Shown here in pieces: positions 27,726 to 42,999 of a stretch of 64,000 nt of DNA. Source of the stretch: the human T2T-CHM13v2.0 reference genome, Homo sapiens. Made by a program: the position numbers and the translations under genes. Each line of letters opens with the position of its first letter. Position 1 is the first letter of the stretch. The notes beneath the pieces were generated by a model that ran no database searches, was not told where the DNA came from, and saw nothing but the letters and a program-made list of their open reading frames with translations. The DNA lies in the NCBI RefSeq assembly GCF_009914755.1, contig NC_060945.1. The stretch is one strand, 5' to 3'.

Positions 27726-30700
27726 GGTTCCACATCTGTCTATGATGTAGAAAACTGAAAAGAGCATCATTCCCACTTAAACAATTAAAGGCCAGATACA
27801 CTACAAAATTAACGCTTTCTTTGAACCCATAAGTCAATTTCTACTATTCCACATATAGTATTTAACATTCAATAACAAAATAAGCAATAATTAAAACACA
27901 AAAAAAGGAAGAAAAAAGGATTACTAATAGACAAAGCAATCACTGGAACCAGACTCAGGAATGACCCCATGTTGTAATTCACAGACAGACAATTTATAAT
28001 AACTATAATTAATATGGTAAACTACCAAGTGCAGCATGGAAAAATATATGGGGAATTTCAAAAGATACAGAAAAGATATTTAAAAAGGTGAAATGGGGAT
28101 GCTAGGCAAAACACAGACACTAGACACTGACAAACACACACACACACATCAGCACTACTGAGAATAGAATTACTTAATTGGAAGCCAAAGCAATATACGT
28201 TACACAAACAAAACATGAGAAATATAGTATCTAAAATAAAAGAACTGTGGGACAAAAACACACAGCGTAAAACACACAATATAATCTGCATGCAATTTGA
28301 CAGAGAAGAGAAAGGATGGATGAGAAAAACAGGACACCAGACCCCCCCATAAAAGCGCATTCACACACACACACAAAAATGAAACTCTGTGGAAACCGCT
28401 AATATAAAAGTAAATATAAAAATATTTGTTTTTCTTATGTTCAATGACTCTAAAACAGAGGTCCTCAAGCAGGAAAAATTTTGCCCCTCAGAGCGCATTT
28501 GGAAATCTCTGTAAACACTTTTTATTTTTAAGTTGGAGAGTAGGGGGTGCTACTAGAATCTAGTGGGTAGAGACAAGAGATGTTGCTAAACTATATATAG
28601 TACTATAACACAGGACAGCTCCCAACAACAAAGAATTACCTGATCCAAAATGTAAGTAATGTTGGTACTGAGAAACCCTGTTAAAATATAGTTGATGTTC
28701 TAAAGGAAAATGATAGTGTATTATGTGGCTTTATAACATAGTTAAAATTAAAATGTGTGAATATAATGGCACAAAATTGGGATAAATGGATTGGAAATAG
28801 AAATCTGTGAAGTTTTACAATAAAGGTAAGATGACATAATATTATTTGAAGAAAGCCTGTAATATTAAAGATGATATTGTAAATCCAAAGGTAACCATTA
28901 ATATTGTTTTTACAAAGATAATGTGTGGGTCCAAATAATAATGAAATATTGGAAATAATATTTAATAAAAAATAAACAAACACACGACTAATCCACAAGT
29001 GAGAAAAAATTTTTAAATGGAGGTCAGGGGATGGAAAAAAACAGATTGAATAGAAAGAAGTTACTAAGATGGTGGATTTAAATTCAACTATGTCAAAAAT
29101 TATATTAAATGTAAATGGTCTAAATACAACAATTTAAAAATACAGATGGTCAAATCAGATAAAGCCATATTAAATACAAAGACATATACAAGATAAAAGT
29201 ACAAGGATAAAAAAATAAATACCATGCAAACAATAAACAAAAGAATGCTATAGAGGCAAATTTTTAACTGACAAGCTTGACATTAGAACAAGGAATGTTA
29301 TTAGCAATGAATTGTGACATTACATAACAATAAAAAGGTTAATTCACAAATAAAAATGTTTAAACTTTATAAATGAATAGAACTGAAACTAGAAATAGAA
29401 AAATGTACAATTATTGTTGAAAACGTGAACACTTCACTCTTAGTAACTGGTATACCAAATAAAGAGAACATCAGTAAGAATATAGAAGACCTGAACAATG
29501 CTCTCAATCAATTGACCTAATTAATATTTATACCATACTCATTCTAAAATATCAGAGTATATATTATTTTTATCTATACAGATCATATTTAAAAGATAGA
29601 TGGCTTTCTCAACCAAACAAAACCACAAAAATGTCAAAATAATTAAAATTAGAGCAATTGATGTTCTAACTTTAAAAGAATTTAACCAGAATTCAATAGC
29701 AGAAATCTGAAAAAATCCCCTCAAATTTAGAAGCTGAACAATTTGTTTTTAAATGGCAGATTTGTCAAAAAGAAAGACACCAGGGGAATTGATAAATACT
29801 TATTTGAATGAGAATAAAAACATATTAAACAATATTAATTTAGTGTTTAGGGAAAATTTTACAGCCTTAAAAGTTTACAATAGAAAAGAGGAAGGATAAC
29901 CTCTCAAATAGAGGTTTAAATGTTCACCTTAAAAAACTTTAAAAAGAAGAGAAAATTCACTAGAATAAAGTGAAAATATACAAACAATGAAGAAAAGAGA
30001 TAAACTAAATTAATTTTGTAAAAGAAAAATGATAGAGAAAATTTTGTGTAAAATCTGGTTATTTGAAAAGATCAACAAAATGTATAATCCCCTAGCCTAG
30101 AGGGAAAAGAATAAAGAAAGAATACATAAATCATCAATACCAGGAATGAAACAGTGGCCACTGTTATACATCATAAAGACACATTAGAAGTATGACAATA
30201 CACTATGATAAAAAATTAATACCCCTAAACTTGACAACTGAGGTGGAACAGCAAATTTATTGAATGACAAAAATTACCAACGCTCACTCAAGAAGAAATA
30301 GGTATACTAAGTAGTCATAAGCCTATTACAGAAACTGAATTATTAAAATATTTTCTATAAAGAAAACTTCAGGCTCAGATGCTGTGAAAGCATTTGCCAC
30401 CAAATTTTAAAGAAAAAATAATATAAATTTTCCAAAAACTTTTCTAGAAAATACAAGCAAGGAAAATACCATTCACCTCATTTAATGAGGCCATAATTAT
30501 CCTAATAAAAAAAACTAACGCCATCTACCAAAAACATACAAATACCATATTGTACAAATATTATATGTAATGAAGAAAGACTGAATTCTTATACACAAAG
30601 ATCAGAAACAATACAAAGATGATCATTCTATATATTCTTACCACTTGTATTCAAAACTGTACAGTGCAAAACATTGATGAGAGAATTAAAGAATATTTAA

Positions 30701-31180
30701 ATAAAACATATTTGTGGATTTGAAAATTCAATATTGTTAAGATGGCAGTTCTTCCACAACTTATCTATCCATTCAATCCAAATACCATCAAATTACAAAA
30801 AATTGTTCGGCTTTTGTTTTTAGAAAACAACAAATGGATTCTAAATTTTATCCAGAAAAAGAAAGGAATTATAATAGGCAAAACAATTTTGAAAAATAAT
30901 AAATAAGAGTAATCTCTTCAAAGACTCCCTTAAAAAATAAAGTAACAAGCCATTGACTGGAGTAAATTATTTACAAAACAAATTTCAACATGAACCTCTA
31001 ACCAAAATATATAAGATATTCTCAAAAGTCAATAATAAGACAAAAAGTAGTTCAATTAATAATGGGCAAAATATTTAAACAGAGAATTGATTTCAGAAAA
31101 AGATACATGAATTGCAAACAAGTTTTTAAAAAGAGGTTCAATATCATTAACCTATATGGAATTACAATGAAATATCAATA
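27726..31180 (+). mobile_element. Old L1M (MC/MD/ME) remnant: 5' region, ORF1 and ORF2 pieces
   Basis: A-rich; ORF2 start TTAAATGTAAATGGTCTAAATAC ~29105; TTTGAAAAGATCAACAAAAT; CAATATTGTTAAGATGGCAGTTCT; many stops and deletions. Confidence 0.8.
28456..28680. mobile_element. MER20 (hAT-Charlie) inserted in the L1
   Basis: CAGAGGTCCTCAA...GGTGCTACTAGAATCTAGTGGGTAGAG...CAACAAAGAATTA...GAGAAACCCTG. Confidence 0.88.
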
Positions 31181-31560
31181 TGCTTGCAAGTTCACACAAA
31201 ATTTTGGCTTGTGGTTTCTTCTAGAAATGTTAGCCTTAACTTTCCCACTGAATTTAGTGATCCATTTTGAGTAAATTGATAAAAGACACGGGTCAAGTCA
31301 ATGCTTTTTAGTTTTCCATACTGAGATCCAATTTTCTCGGCACCACCTGTTGAAAAGGCTATTGTATTTCCATTTGAATTGCCTTTGCATCTTTATTGAA
31401 AATTATTTGACTAAATATATCTGGTCTATTTCTGGAATTTCTATTTATACCATTGTTTTAAGCTTCAATCTTTTTGTCAATACCACACTATCTTAAATAT
31501 TGCAGCTTTATAATATGTTAGAATCAATTGTCATGACTCCTTTAATTTTATTATACTATT
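31181..31560 (-). mobile_element. L1M ORF2 fragment, inverted
   Basis: TGATCCATTTTGAGTAAATT...GCACCACCTGTTGAAAAGGCT...TGCAGCTTTATAATA is reverse L1 ORF2. Confidence 0.75.
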
Positions 31561-31629
31561 TGCTTTTACTTTTTACTTATTTTTTTCTCATGTATTAAAA
31601 CACAAAATCCATAATGGCAAAGGCAAATA

Positions 31630-31730
31630 TTGTCTATTTATGTCGATTTTGTTCACTCCATTTTTTCTAGTCACTAGAATAATGCTAGGCATATGACAGA
31701 TGCTCAATGAATATTTGTTGAATGAACAAC
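31630..31730 (+). mobile_element. L2 3' end
   Basis: TTTGTTCACT...GCTCAATGAATATTTGTTGAATGAA. Confidence 0.75.
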
Positions 31731-31849
31731 AATATATGAAAAGCCTTTTTAAATTAGAAGCACCATATGAATGAAGATATTTGTTATCATCGTAATTTTT
31801 TAAGAATATCAAGAATCTAAGACTGCTTAGACTTCTAAAGTTTTATGCT

Positions 31850-34815
31850 GCATGTTCTTCGAGTTTGTTTGTATGGACTCTTTTGGCAGTTGTATGACAG
31901 CTTTCATGCCCTTCTCAGAATATTTTTACATCCTTATAATAAACTCTTAAGAAAAAACCTACAAATATGTTGAAATAAAGACACAAAATAATTTATAAGT
32001 TTTTTTGTTATACTAATATGAGTGTCTCACTCTTAAGTACATTAATATGTTTTAGCAAGATGCAGTGTAGTAATCATGATTGCAAAGTAGTGATGAATGT
32101 AATTACATGAATATACAATATCTCTAATGGGATAGTGCAAGGAAAATATGTATGATTTTCATTGGTAACAAAGTACTCCAAATACCACTGTGATCTGTTA
32201 TCCTCAGTTATGATTGAAATAAAAAAGATGTTAAATTTCAGTTGAAGACTGGAGAAGGCAAATGTATAAGGTTTTTATTATTTTCCCATCTGAGTTTATG
32301 AACTCATGCAGGCGTACCTGGAAGATATTGCAGATTCAGTGCCAGACCATCTCGGTAAAGCAAATATCTCACTAAAGCAAATCACACAAATCTTTTGGTT
32401 GCTGGTGCAAATAGAACTCCTGTATACAATATATAGTAGTCTAATAAGTGTACGATGGCATATGTCTAAAAATGTATATACCTTAATTTAGAATATTTTA
32501 TTCATACAAATTATTTAATAATCATGTGAGCCTTCAATGAGTCTTTTGTTGTTGTAGTTGTTGTTGTTGTTGATGGAGTGTGTCAACATAGATGGCTGCT
32601 GACTGATCAGGGTGATGTGCTGAAGGTAGGGGTGGCTGTGGCAATTTCTTAAAGTAACACAAAAATGATGTTTATCAGATCAATTGACTCTTCCTTTTAG
32701 GAAAGATTTGTCTGTGGCACACAATACTGTTTGATAGCATTTTACCCATGGAAGAACTTTCAAAATTGGAATCAATCTTTGCAAATCCTGCCTCTGCTTT
32801 ATCAACTACATTATGGACTATTCTTAATCCTTTGTTGTCATTTTAACAATGTTCACAGCGTCTTCACCAGGAATAGATTCTGTCTCAAGAAACCACTTTC
32901 TTTGCTCATCCATAAGAAGCAATTCCTCATGTGTTCAAGTTTTAGAATGAGATTGCAGCAATTCCTTGACATCTTCAGGCTACACTGTCAATTCTAGTTC
33001 TTTTGCTATTTCTACCACATCTGCTGTTAATCCCTCTACTGAAGTTTTGAAGCCCTCAAAGTCATCCAAGAGGGTTGTGATCAACTTCATCCAAACTCCT
33101 GAAAATATCAATATGAATCTATCTCCCATGAATCACTAATGTTCTTAATGGTGTCTAGAATGGTGAATATTTTCCAGGAGGTTTTCAATTTACTTTTCCA
33201 CAATCCATCAGAGGAATCCCAATCTATGGCAGCTATAGTCTTACAAAATAAGACTTGAACAGAGAAATTACTCCTTGGTCATGGGCTGCAGAATGGATGT
33301 TGTGTTAGCAGGTATAAAAACAACAATCTCCTTGTACATTTCCATTAGAGCTCTTGGGTGACCAGGGACATTGTCAATGAGCTGTATAATTTTGAAAGGA
33401 ATCTTTTTTCTGAACAGTAGGTTTCAACTGTGGACTTAAAACATTCAGTAAAGCATGTTGTAAACAGATGTACTGTCATTCAGCCTTTGTTTCATTTCTA
33501 GAACACAGGATATGTAAATTTAGCATAATTCTGAAGGTCCCTAGGATTATCGGAAAGGTCAATGAGCATTAGCTTCAACTTAAAGTCAGCAGTTGCATTA
33601 ATCCCCACCAAGAGAATCAGTCTATTCTTTGAAGCCAGGCATTGAATTCTCTTCTGTAGCTATGAAAGTCTTAGATAGCGTCCTCTTCTAATAGAAGACT
33701 ATTTTCATCTACATTGAAAATATGTTGTTTAGAATAGTCACTTTTTATCAATTATCTTACTAAATATTTGTAATAACTTTCTACAATTTCCACATCAGCA
33801 CTTGCTGTTTCATCTTGCCCTTTTATGATATGTAGACAACTTATTTTCTTAAACCTCATTAACTGATCTTTGCTGGCTTCCAGCTTTTTTTTTCTGCAGC
33901 TTTCTTGCCTCTCGCAGCCTTCACAAAACTGAAAAGAGTTAGGGCCTTGCTCTGGATTAGGCTTTAGCTTAAAGGAATGCTGTGATTTGTCTGATCTTTT
34001 ATCCAGACCACTAAAACTTTCTCAATATCAGCAATAAGGCTGTTTTGCTTTTTTGATCATTTACATGTTAGTGAAATAGCACTTCTAATTTTCTTCAAGG
34101 ACTTTTCCTTTGCATTTACAAATTGGCTGTTTCACACAAGAGCCTTAGCTTTCAGTCTATCTTGGCTTTAGACATGCCTTCCTCACTAAGCTTTATAATC
34201 ATTTCTAGTTTTTTATTTAAAGTGAGAGGTGTGTCCTTGCCTTTCACTTGAACACTTCGAGGCCATGGTATGGTTATCAATTGACCCAATTTTAATATTG
34301 TTGTGTGCCTCAGGGAATAGAGTAGTTTGAAGAGAAGGAGAGTGATGGAGGATATGACAGTTAGTAGAGCAGGCAGAACTCACACATTTATCGATTAAAT
34401 GTGCCATATTATATAGGCACAGTCTGTGGAGCCTCCTCCCTCCCAAATTATAATAAAGCATCAAAGTTTGCTGATCATAGTTTATCATAACAGGTGATTT
34501 TCATAATGAAAATGTTTGAACTATTACAGGAATTATCAAAATGTGGCACAGAGACATGAAGTGAGCATACGCCATAGGAAAAATGTCACCAACAGACTAG
34601 CTCAATACAGAGTTCCCACAATCCTTCAATTTTCAAGGAAAAAAAAAAGAAAGAGGAAAGAAAAAATCCCACAATAACTTCAAAGGGTAATAAGGCTAAG
34701 TTCATTAAAACAAGATATGCCTATATTGTATTCATAAAACTATTTTTAATATATAATAGAATTATGTAATTCATAAAACTCTTGAATGACTTGAGACTCC
34801 AGATTAAGATTCCCC
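31850..34815. mobile_element. MER119-like hAT element split by Tigger1 (pieces ~31850-32306 and ~34770-34815)
   Basis: TGGACTCTTTTGGCAG...CCTTCTCAGAATA...TAAATTTCAGTT...TTTTCCCATC; terminus CCAGATTAAGATTCCCC after the Tigger1. Confidence 0.65.
32309..34723 (-). mobile_element. Full-length Tigger1 DNA transposon (~2.4 kb) with disabled transposase
   Basis: Both TIRs (CAGGCGTACCT... and ...AGATATGCCTA followed by TA); transposase N-terminus MASKCSSER starts at 34266 on the minus strand and is soon disrupted. Confidence 0.93.
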
Positions 34816-35659
34816 GTCTAATGAAAATGTGTGTTTCTTGAAATGCTACTCATTTGCAAGAGTAGAAGATACTGTCTTTAAAAATTTAACAACAATGATC
34901 GATATCATAGAATATCTGACTATATATATATCCACAGGAATTTTATGAAAGAATACAAGATAGTAGAAATAAAATTCATACAAATTTTCTTACTGTGAGT
35001 GAATCAGGGAGACTTCTCTTTCCCTACAAAATGGTGTTTGCTTTTAAAATAGGTATCTTGGGAACCGTAGCTATTTCACAGAAGAAAGATCTGAAACAGT
35101 CTAGTGCTTAGGTTTCCAGAGTTGGCTGCAAAACAGCTCTCTTGAAAGCTTCTGATAGAATCCAGAGATAAAGAGCCAAAGGTATCAGAGAGGTCTGCCA
35201 AAAGAGTCTATAGAATTGGAAGTATTTGTAGAGAAGTGTCCCTAAGGTCACTGATAAAAACTAGAGGATAGTCCACGGAGATAAGAAACTACCAAGCATA
35301 AGAGAATAAAAAATTTCTGCTGAGAAATACCGAGCTAATCCATCAACTTTATTTTTTTAGTCCTTTTCTATTTCACTTTTCTTCAATAAAGTCTTTGTTT
35401 TGACACTGTAGAAAGGTTTTCACAAACAGTTAGTAATGGAAAAATAAAACAATCCTTAAATTTACTTTCTAAGACAAGTTTATGCGCTACAAAAGAAGGT
35501 AGAAAGTTGACAGTTTTTACTATATTTGGGCTAACTATAAGCAAGTAGAGTTTACAAAACCATGGTGGGGATTTATGTAGTTGGTTCAACTAAATGGAAT
35601 TCTGGCTTTTAGTGGAGAAAAAAGTAGAGGATACATTAGACAACCAAAATTTATTTCTA

Positions 35660-35957
<298 letters not shown>

Positions 35958-36920
35958 CAAAATTTATTTCTCTCATCCAAAAAATATGGCTTCATACAAT
36001 ATAACTCATTTAATAAAAGTTTATACATTAAAACTACTTTCTACTTAGGATGGATTATAGAATTGTGAGGGAAAGAATCAATATTTCTTGATCACTAATG
36101 TTTACCAGATATTTTACTTGGTGTAAACAAATGTACCATAAAAACTAATTGCTGAAGAATGATAGAAAAGACACTTTAGATGCATAAGAATCATAGAAAA
36201 GTCACTTTAGATGTTTGCCCCTAATATTCTTGGATCACTGGACACCACCTACCAAAAATAAAAACCTCAGACCATTACTCTGCTTAGGACTCCAGGAATC
36301 CCCAAAGTTAGAAATTTCTCATAAAAATCCTACTGTTTGATGGCCTATAGATCTCTGACCTAATTGTTTTTTTATCATGCTATTGACTCTTCAGTTGCTT
36401 CTATTCTGTATTAATTCATCTGCAGCAATCTGCTATATGAAGAGTGTTTCTGTTGTTTTAACATCACTGAACTATACTTGATCTCTGACAACCTTAGAGA
36501 AATTAGTCACTCTGCAGCCACAGCTTTGAGCTCGCCACCATCTTTGCCCATTTCTATATCTCTGGGTTTACTTCTCTCTTCAGAGCTTAGGAAAATAGAT
36601 TCCCTTTACCATGCTTGACTAGTGTAGGAAAACATTAGAAAGCAGAAGATCTTACCACGCAGTTACACAGGTGTTACAGATCTTACTATGAAGTATTCTT
36701 TCCAGGATTCCCAAGGTGAGAATGTCGACAGGTTCAGGAACAACCTTATACTCTATCCAGAATGGCTGCTTCATGCTAGCATGCGGGCCCTCTGCTGAGT
36801 CTAGCTCCCTACCCCAGCGTTCTTTCTCTTTAATAGGCAAATTTTCTCTAAGGCAGCTCATTGTCTTTTCCTGTAATCCACATTTTATGGCATTTTATTC
36901 CCACCATCATTCTGTCAGAT

Positions 36921-37235
<315 letters not shown>

Positions 37236-37934
37236 TGAGTCTCTCTTTTCCATATTTCATGAGGACCTGTGACTAAATCTGGGAGGGTTGGGGTTAGATA
37301 CAAGCCTAAAAATTATTACACATTTTATAATAAGGAGTTTGTGCTTGCCCAGAAAAATATTTGGTAATTCTTAGGAGGCAGACTAATGACATTGGCCAGC
37401 TTAACCAATTTATCTCAAACTCAGGGCAACCTGTTCCACAGTCCCTGACACACACATCATTTCACCAAAGTTCTTGCTATAACTCAGTGTTGTTCTTTAG
37501 AATTGTCATCTTATGTTTAATAATTTAAAAGATTGAAATCAAATAAGAAATGGCAAAATTTGAGCAAATAAGTTAGATGTAAATCCCCAAATACAGATAC
37601 CATCATTCCAAATGTCATCCGCATCATAACAATTAATTGACTAAAAAGAATAATACGTGCAATGTTTTTCTTTGTAACCTCAGCACACGGACTAACACTA
37701 TCAAATAAACTCAGACTGAGAATCTTTTTTCCTGAGTTAAAATCAGCATAATTTTGCTTTTAATTTTGGAAACTCAGGAGAAAAATGACCTTCCTTATTC
37801 ATCCTGACTCTTTATCAAACTGTTCGATCTCTTTTCAATATTTTGTGGTAGGCTAGTAGTTATATTCATGGTCTCTGGAAACCACAATCAAACCTTATCC
37901 AAATTCCACGTCAACTACTGACTGAATGATTTGA

Positions 37935-38263
<329 letters not shown>

Positions 38264-38297
38264 AAGTCTTGTTTTTGAAGAAAGAAGATGATATTTA

Positions 38298-38800
38298 TCA
38301 TCCCATTACTGGGTATATACCCAGAGGAGTATAAATCATTCTACTATGAAGACACATGCACACATATGTTTATTGAAGCACTATTTACAATAGCAAAGAC
38401 AGGGAACCGACCCAAATGCCCATCAATGATACACTGGATAAAGAAAATGTGGTACATATACATCATGGAATACTATGCAGCCATAAAAAAGGAATGATAT
38501 TATGTCCTTTGCAGGGACATGGATGAAGCTGGAAACCATCATCCTCAGGAAATTAACACAGGGACCAAGCACCACATGTTCTCCCTCATAAGTGGGAGTT
38601 GAACAATGAGAATGCATGGACATGAGGAGGGGAACATCACACACCAGGGCCTGTTGGGGAGTGGGGATTGAGGTGAAGGAACTTAGAGGATGAGTCAATA
38701 GGTGCAGTAAACCACCATGGCACACATATACCTATGTAACAGCATAACAGGTGTATACCCCTGCACATTCTGCATGTGTCTCCCCTAACTTAAAATAAAT
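38298..38800 (+). mobile_element. L1PA8-10-like 3' end
   Basis: ATCCCATTACTGGGTATATACCCAGAGG...GGAACTTAGAGGATGAGTCAATAGGTGCAG...AAAATAAA. Confidence 0.9.
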
Positions 38801-38806
38801 GTTTGG

Positions 38807-39220
<414 letters not shown>

Positions 39221-42026
39221 TCAAATAGGTGGAATAATAAATTTGCAGAAATGAGGAGCAGAAAAGGAAGTGTTCACTTTCAGGTTTAGTTTTTCAAAAA
39301 CTTCAGGTGAAAACCGTGATCTCAGGTGAAAGCCAAGTATCATTGGAACAAAAATGCGAGGGAAAGATGAGGGGAGATTTTTTGGCTAAAAACATGTCAC
39401 TATTTAATAGCAAATCATGCGATTTAAAAATACAATGGAAGAATTTCAGAATTTGGGGTGAAAGTCAATGGGGTCAGGTTAAGCAATTTAAAGATCCACG
39501 TAGATATGTGTTTCCAGGAAATGAAGCATAACAGAATTTCGTGGTGTTTTATGATACCCGATAGGCAAAAACAAAGGACATAATCAGATTTTTCTTCATG
39601 CCTTCTAAGGCTGATTGTCATGGTGACATTGTGGGAAGAAGAAAGAGGCTTTTGCTGGAAATACGGAGAATGTATTGGTTCCATCTAATCTTTATCGTTT
39701 TCTCCATCACAAGTGTTGAAGAAGTCAAAAGGGTGTGCGGAGTTATAGGATTTGCGCTATGGTACCAACAAATTCAAACAATAAAATCTTGGGAAGCATT
39801 CAACCTTCCATGTAAGATAGCATTCCAGTTTACTAGCAAATCTTACCAGAGTTTATTTTCTATGTGGATGAAGAGCCTAATAAAAGTCCCAATTAGCTTG
39901 GCATTCACTTCTGTGAAATTAGTAATGCGTATGTACATAATTAGATGTTAGACTAGAGAAATTACTGGAATCATGTATATGATTCCATTGCTAAAGATTT
40001 GTTACAGAGATGAGGTTTTTGCCTTTATATTTTATCTAGCAGAAAGGTTGAGTAGGTAATTATTTTAAAAAATGGATCTATTCAATTAACGGATTAGAAT
40101 GAAAAGCTGTTAAAGAAGATAGTGATGCAATTGGTTTCTAACCCACTAAATGGAAACTTGAGGAAATAAAAAATTTTTAATCATTTAATTTATCACATAA
40201 CTTTCTTTATTTTCCTATAATTTAAAAGCCTCATTTTCCCTATATTTACTTTTTAAAAATTATCTACTGATTAAATCAATCTGACTCTTCCTCTAAATTT
40301 CAATTATTAGATGTTTATACAGTAAGCATATCCATTGTATATTTCACATGATCAATTAAAAAGTCTACTATAAAATAAAAGGTTTTGAATTAAGGAACTT
40401 TTAAAAGAGGAACATTGTACAGTAGCCTTGGAATAAAAGTGTTATAGTATCTTAAAATTAATTAATCGTTTGAAACAGTCCCTATAAATAATATAAAAAT
40501 TGATATGTTTTATTAATATCCAGAAATGAATCTCAATAAATCATTTCTAAAACTTAATGGTAAAAGAACAAAAAACTGAATAACAATTATTCTGGCTTTA
40601 TAAATAACGGACATTTTCAAGTCACTTTCTATTTGCCTCTGAAAATCAACCCACAGTGAGATTTTGGTTGGCAATGTGGAATCACCAGGCAGCCTCTCTT
40701 ATACTTCCAAGACAAAAAATGAGGTTATTTAACAGGTAACCCCTCAGCAAATTTGATCTGTGTGACCACTCTATTTCACCTGATTTCTATTTTTAATAAG
40801 TGTGTGTTTGCCTGATTAGCTTGTTTATCTAATAAGAGAAGGTCTTAACCACCTTTAAGTAAAAAGCATTTAGAAATAGCTCAAGTGGGACATCTGAAAT
40901 GTACAAGAAAATTAGGTTCTTATCAAAAGACTAAGTGTACTAGGCATCTTCTGTGTGCTTTATTATAGAAGTTTGTGTTCTATGTTTGTAAATCAGATTC
41001 TCTGCTAGCTGTGAAAAAAATTTAAAAAGAAATAAACATTTTGATATTTATACTCTTTAAAACAGATTTTAGGGAGAATTTGAAGATGATCATGAAGATT
41101 TTATTTACTTAATTAACTAAATATGCTCACTTGTGGTTAACAAAAATATAATTTATTTCATCTTGAACAAGAGATATAAACCCATTAAACTTAAAACTGC
41201 TGAGAAAAAATTCCATTGTTGATTTTTTAAGAGATTGAATGTCTTCAGCATTAGACTTGATTGATATGTGGGTAGGTTGATATTGTACTAATTTTCCATG
41301 GCTGACATGCCATCAACTCAATAAAATCACACTTACAAGAATTGCTGAGTCATTTGTTGGTAATTCAATCACAATTTCAAAAGTGATTCCCTGATTTAGA
41401 TAGGGAAAATTGTTTAGAATATGTGTCAATGAATTATAAAGCTTCTCTCCTGTATATGCACTTTAGATTCAAGTGTAACTGTTTGAACTAAGAGAAAACT
41501 TTTGCCCCAAAACTGATAGCTTATCGGTAAGGTTTGGGGGATAAGCTCATGAATTGAAGAGCTATTTGGAAATTTTTAAACAACTCTGGCTCAGTTTGGA
41601 GCTTCTTGAACCTGTTTAACTTTTGATCACATAGAGGTCACTAATATATATTTCTTATTTTTAAAAAATCCTCCAATTCTCACATACCAGATTATTAAAT
41701 ATCTTAAAGTTTCTTAGATTCTTAAATACTGTCATTTTTCAATGAAATTACTAGTAAGTACCTTTACTCTCATTGAATTAATAAAAACCTATCAATGATT
41801 AATATAAACCCTAAAACCATGTCATTGCTAAAAAGGTTACATTTTGAACAGTAAAAGCTATATTTATCCCTGCATCTTACATAGTTGATTTTGAGTTCTA
41901 CAACGTTATGTTGCAAACCAATCATGAGTTGTACCTACCCATGCGTTCTAAGCTTATCTCTTCTATATCCCAACTTATTCTTTATATACTATCAATTCGA
42001 ATTTATTATAATGTCCAGAATCAATC

Positions 42027-42432
42027 TGATGCAGGATTTTTTGCTCCTTCTTTCAGCTAATATCTGGGTTCTTGTCTCATGACCAGGAAAAATTAGGCCC
42101 ACAGACAATTGAAAGGTGAGGAGAACAGAATTTATTAAAAGAAAGCTCTCAGGAAAAAAGAGGGGGTCTTGCCAGCAGACTCCCACCTCACAGAGTGAAT
42201 GCCAGGCCACCACATGTGAGCAGAAGATGCCAGGCTCCTCCCCACTGCATAAGGCACAAATTCCTGTGGTTCCACCCCACTCTCCCAGTGCACAGGTGGG
42301 CCCTTAGTCTGAGCTGTTCCACATTGATTTATTTCACTTACTGTGCATGTGTTAAGGGACAGAATTTTTCACCAAGGGCATATTTAGGCAAGACCCTATG
42401 CAGGTTCTCTTATCTGCCTCCTGCCTCTATCA
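42027..42432 (-). mobile_element. MER61-type ERV1 LTR (3' LTR of a minus-strand provirus)
   Basis: TG...CA ends (minus strand TGATAGAGGCAGGAGGCAGATAAG ... CCTGCATCA); polypurine tract (reverse of TTCCCCTCTCT) abuts at 42433. Confidence 0.8.
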
Positions 42433-42692
42433 TTCCCCTCTCTAAAGAAGTACATCTAACTTCTGTTAGAATAAGGATAAGGATGAAGACTGATCTTAAC
42501 TGCTTCGTGCTGAAAGGGGGCACTGTTTGGGGAAAACAGCTGTCAGAGCTCCCTCAGAGGCCTAAGCAAGGGTCCCTGGCAAAAGAAGCCATTGTCTGAG
42601 GCTCTGGTTGCATGACTGTTTGGAGTTTTATGGCCTGAAGGCAAGAAAAGACAAACCGGGTCATTAAAAAACATGTATCAAAATAAAACAAG

Positions 42693-42999
<307 letters not shown>

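Noticed and set aside
34213-34488. ORF containing MASKCSSER (TIGD1-like)
   Set aside because: N-terminus of a disabled Tigger1 transposase that stops within a few codons; not a domesticated gene
34725-34785. Repeated TTCATAAAACT at the Tigger1 right junction resembling the inverted left flank
   Set aside because: Plausibly the decayed, internally repetitive MER119 terminus in AT-rich sequence; too short to call a templated insertion
38288-38497. L1 ORF2-like peptides (also 63118-63300)
   Set aside because: C-terminal fragments of truncated, inactive L1PA copies
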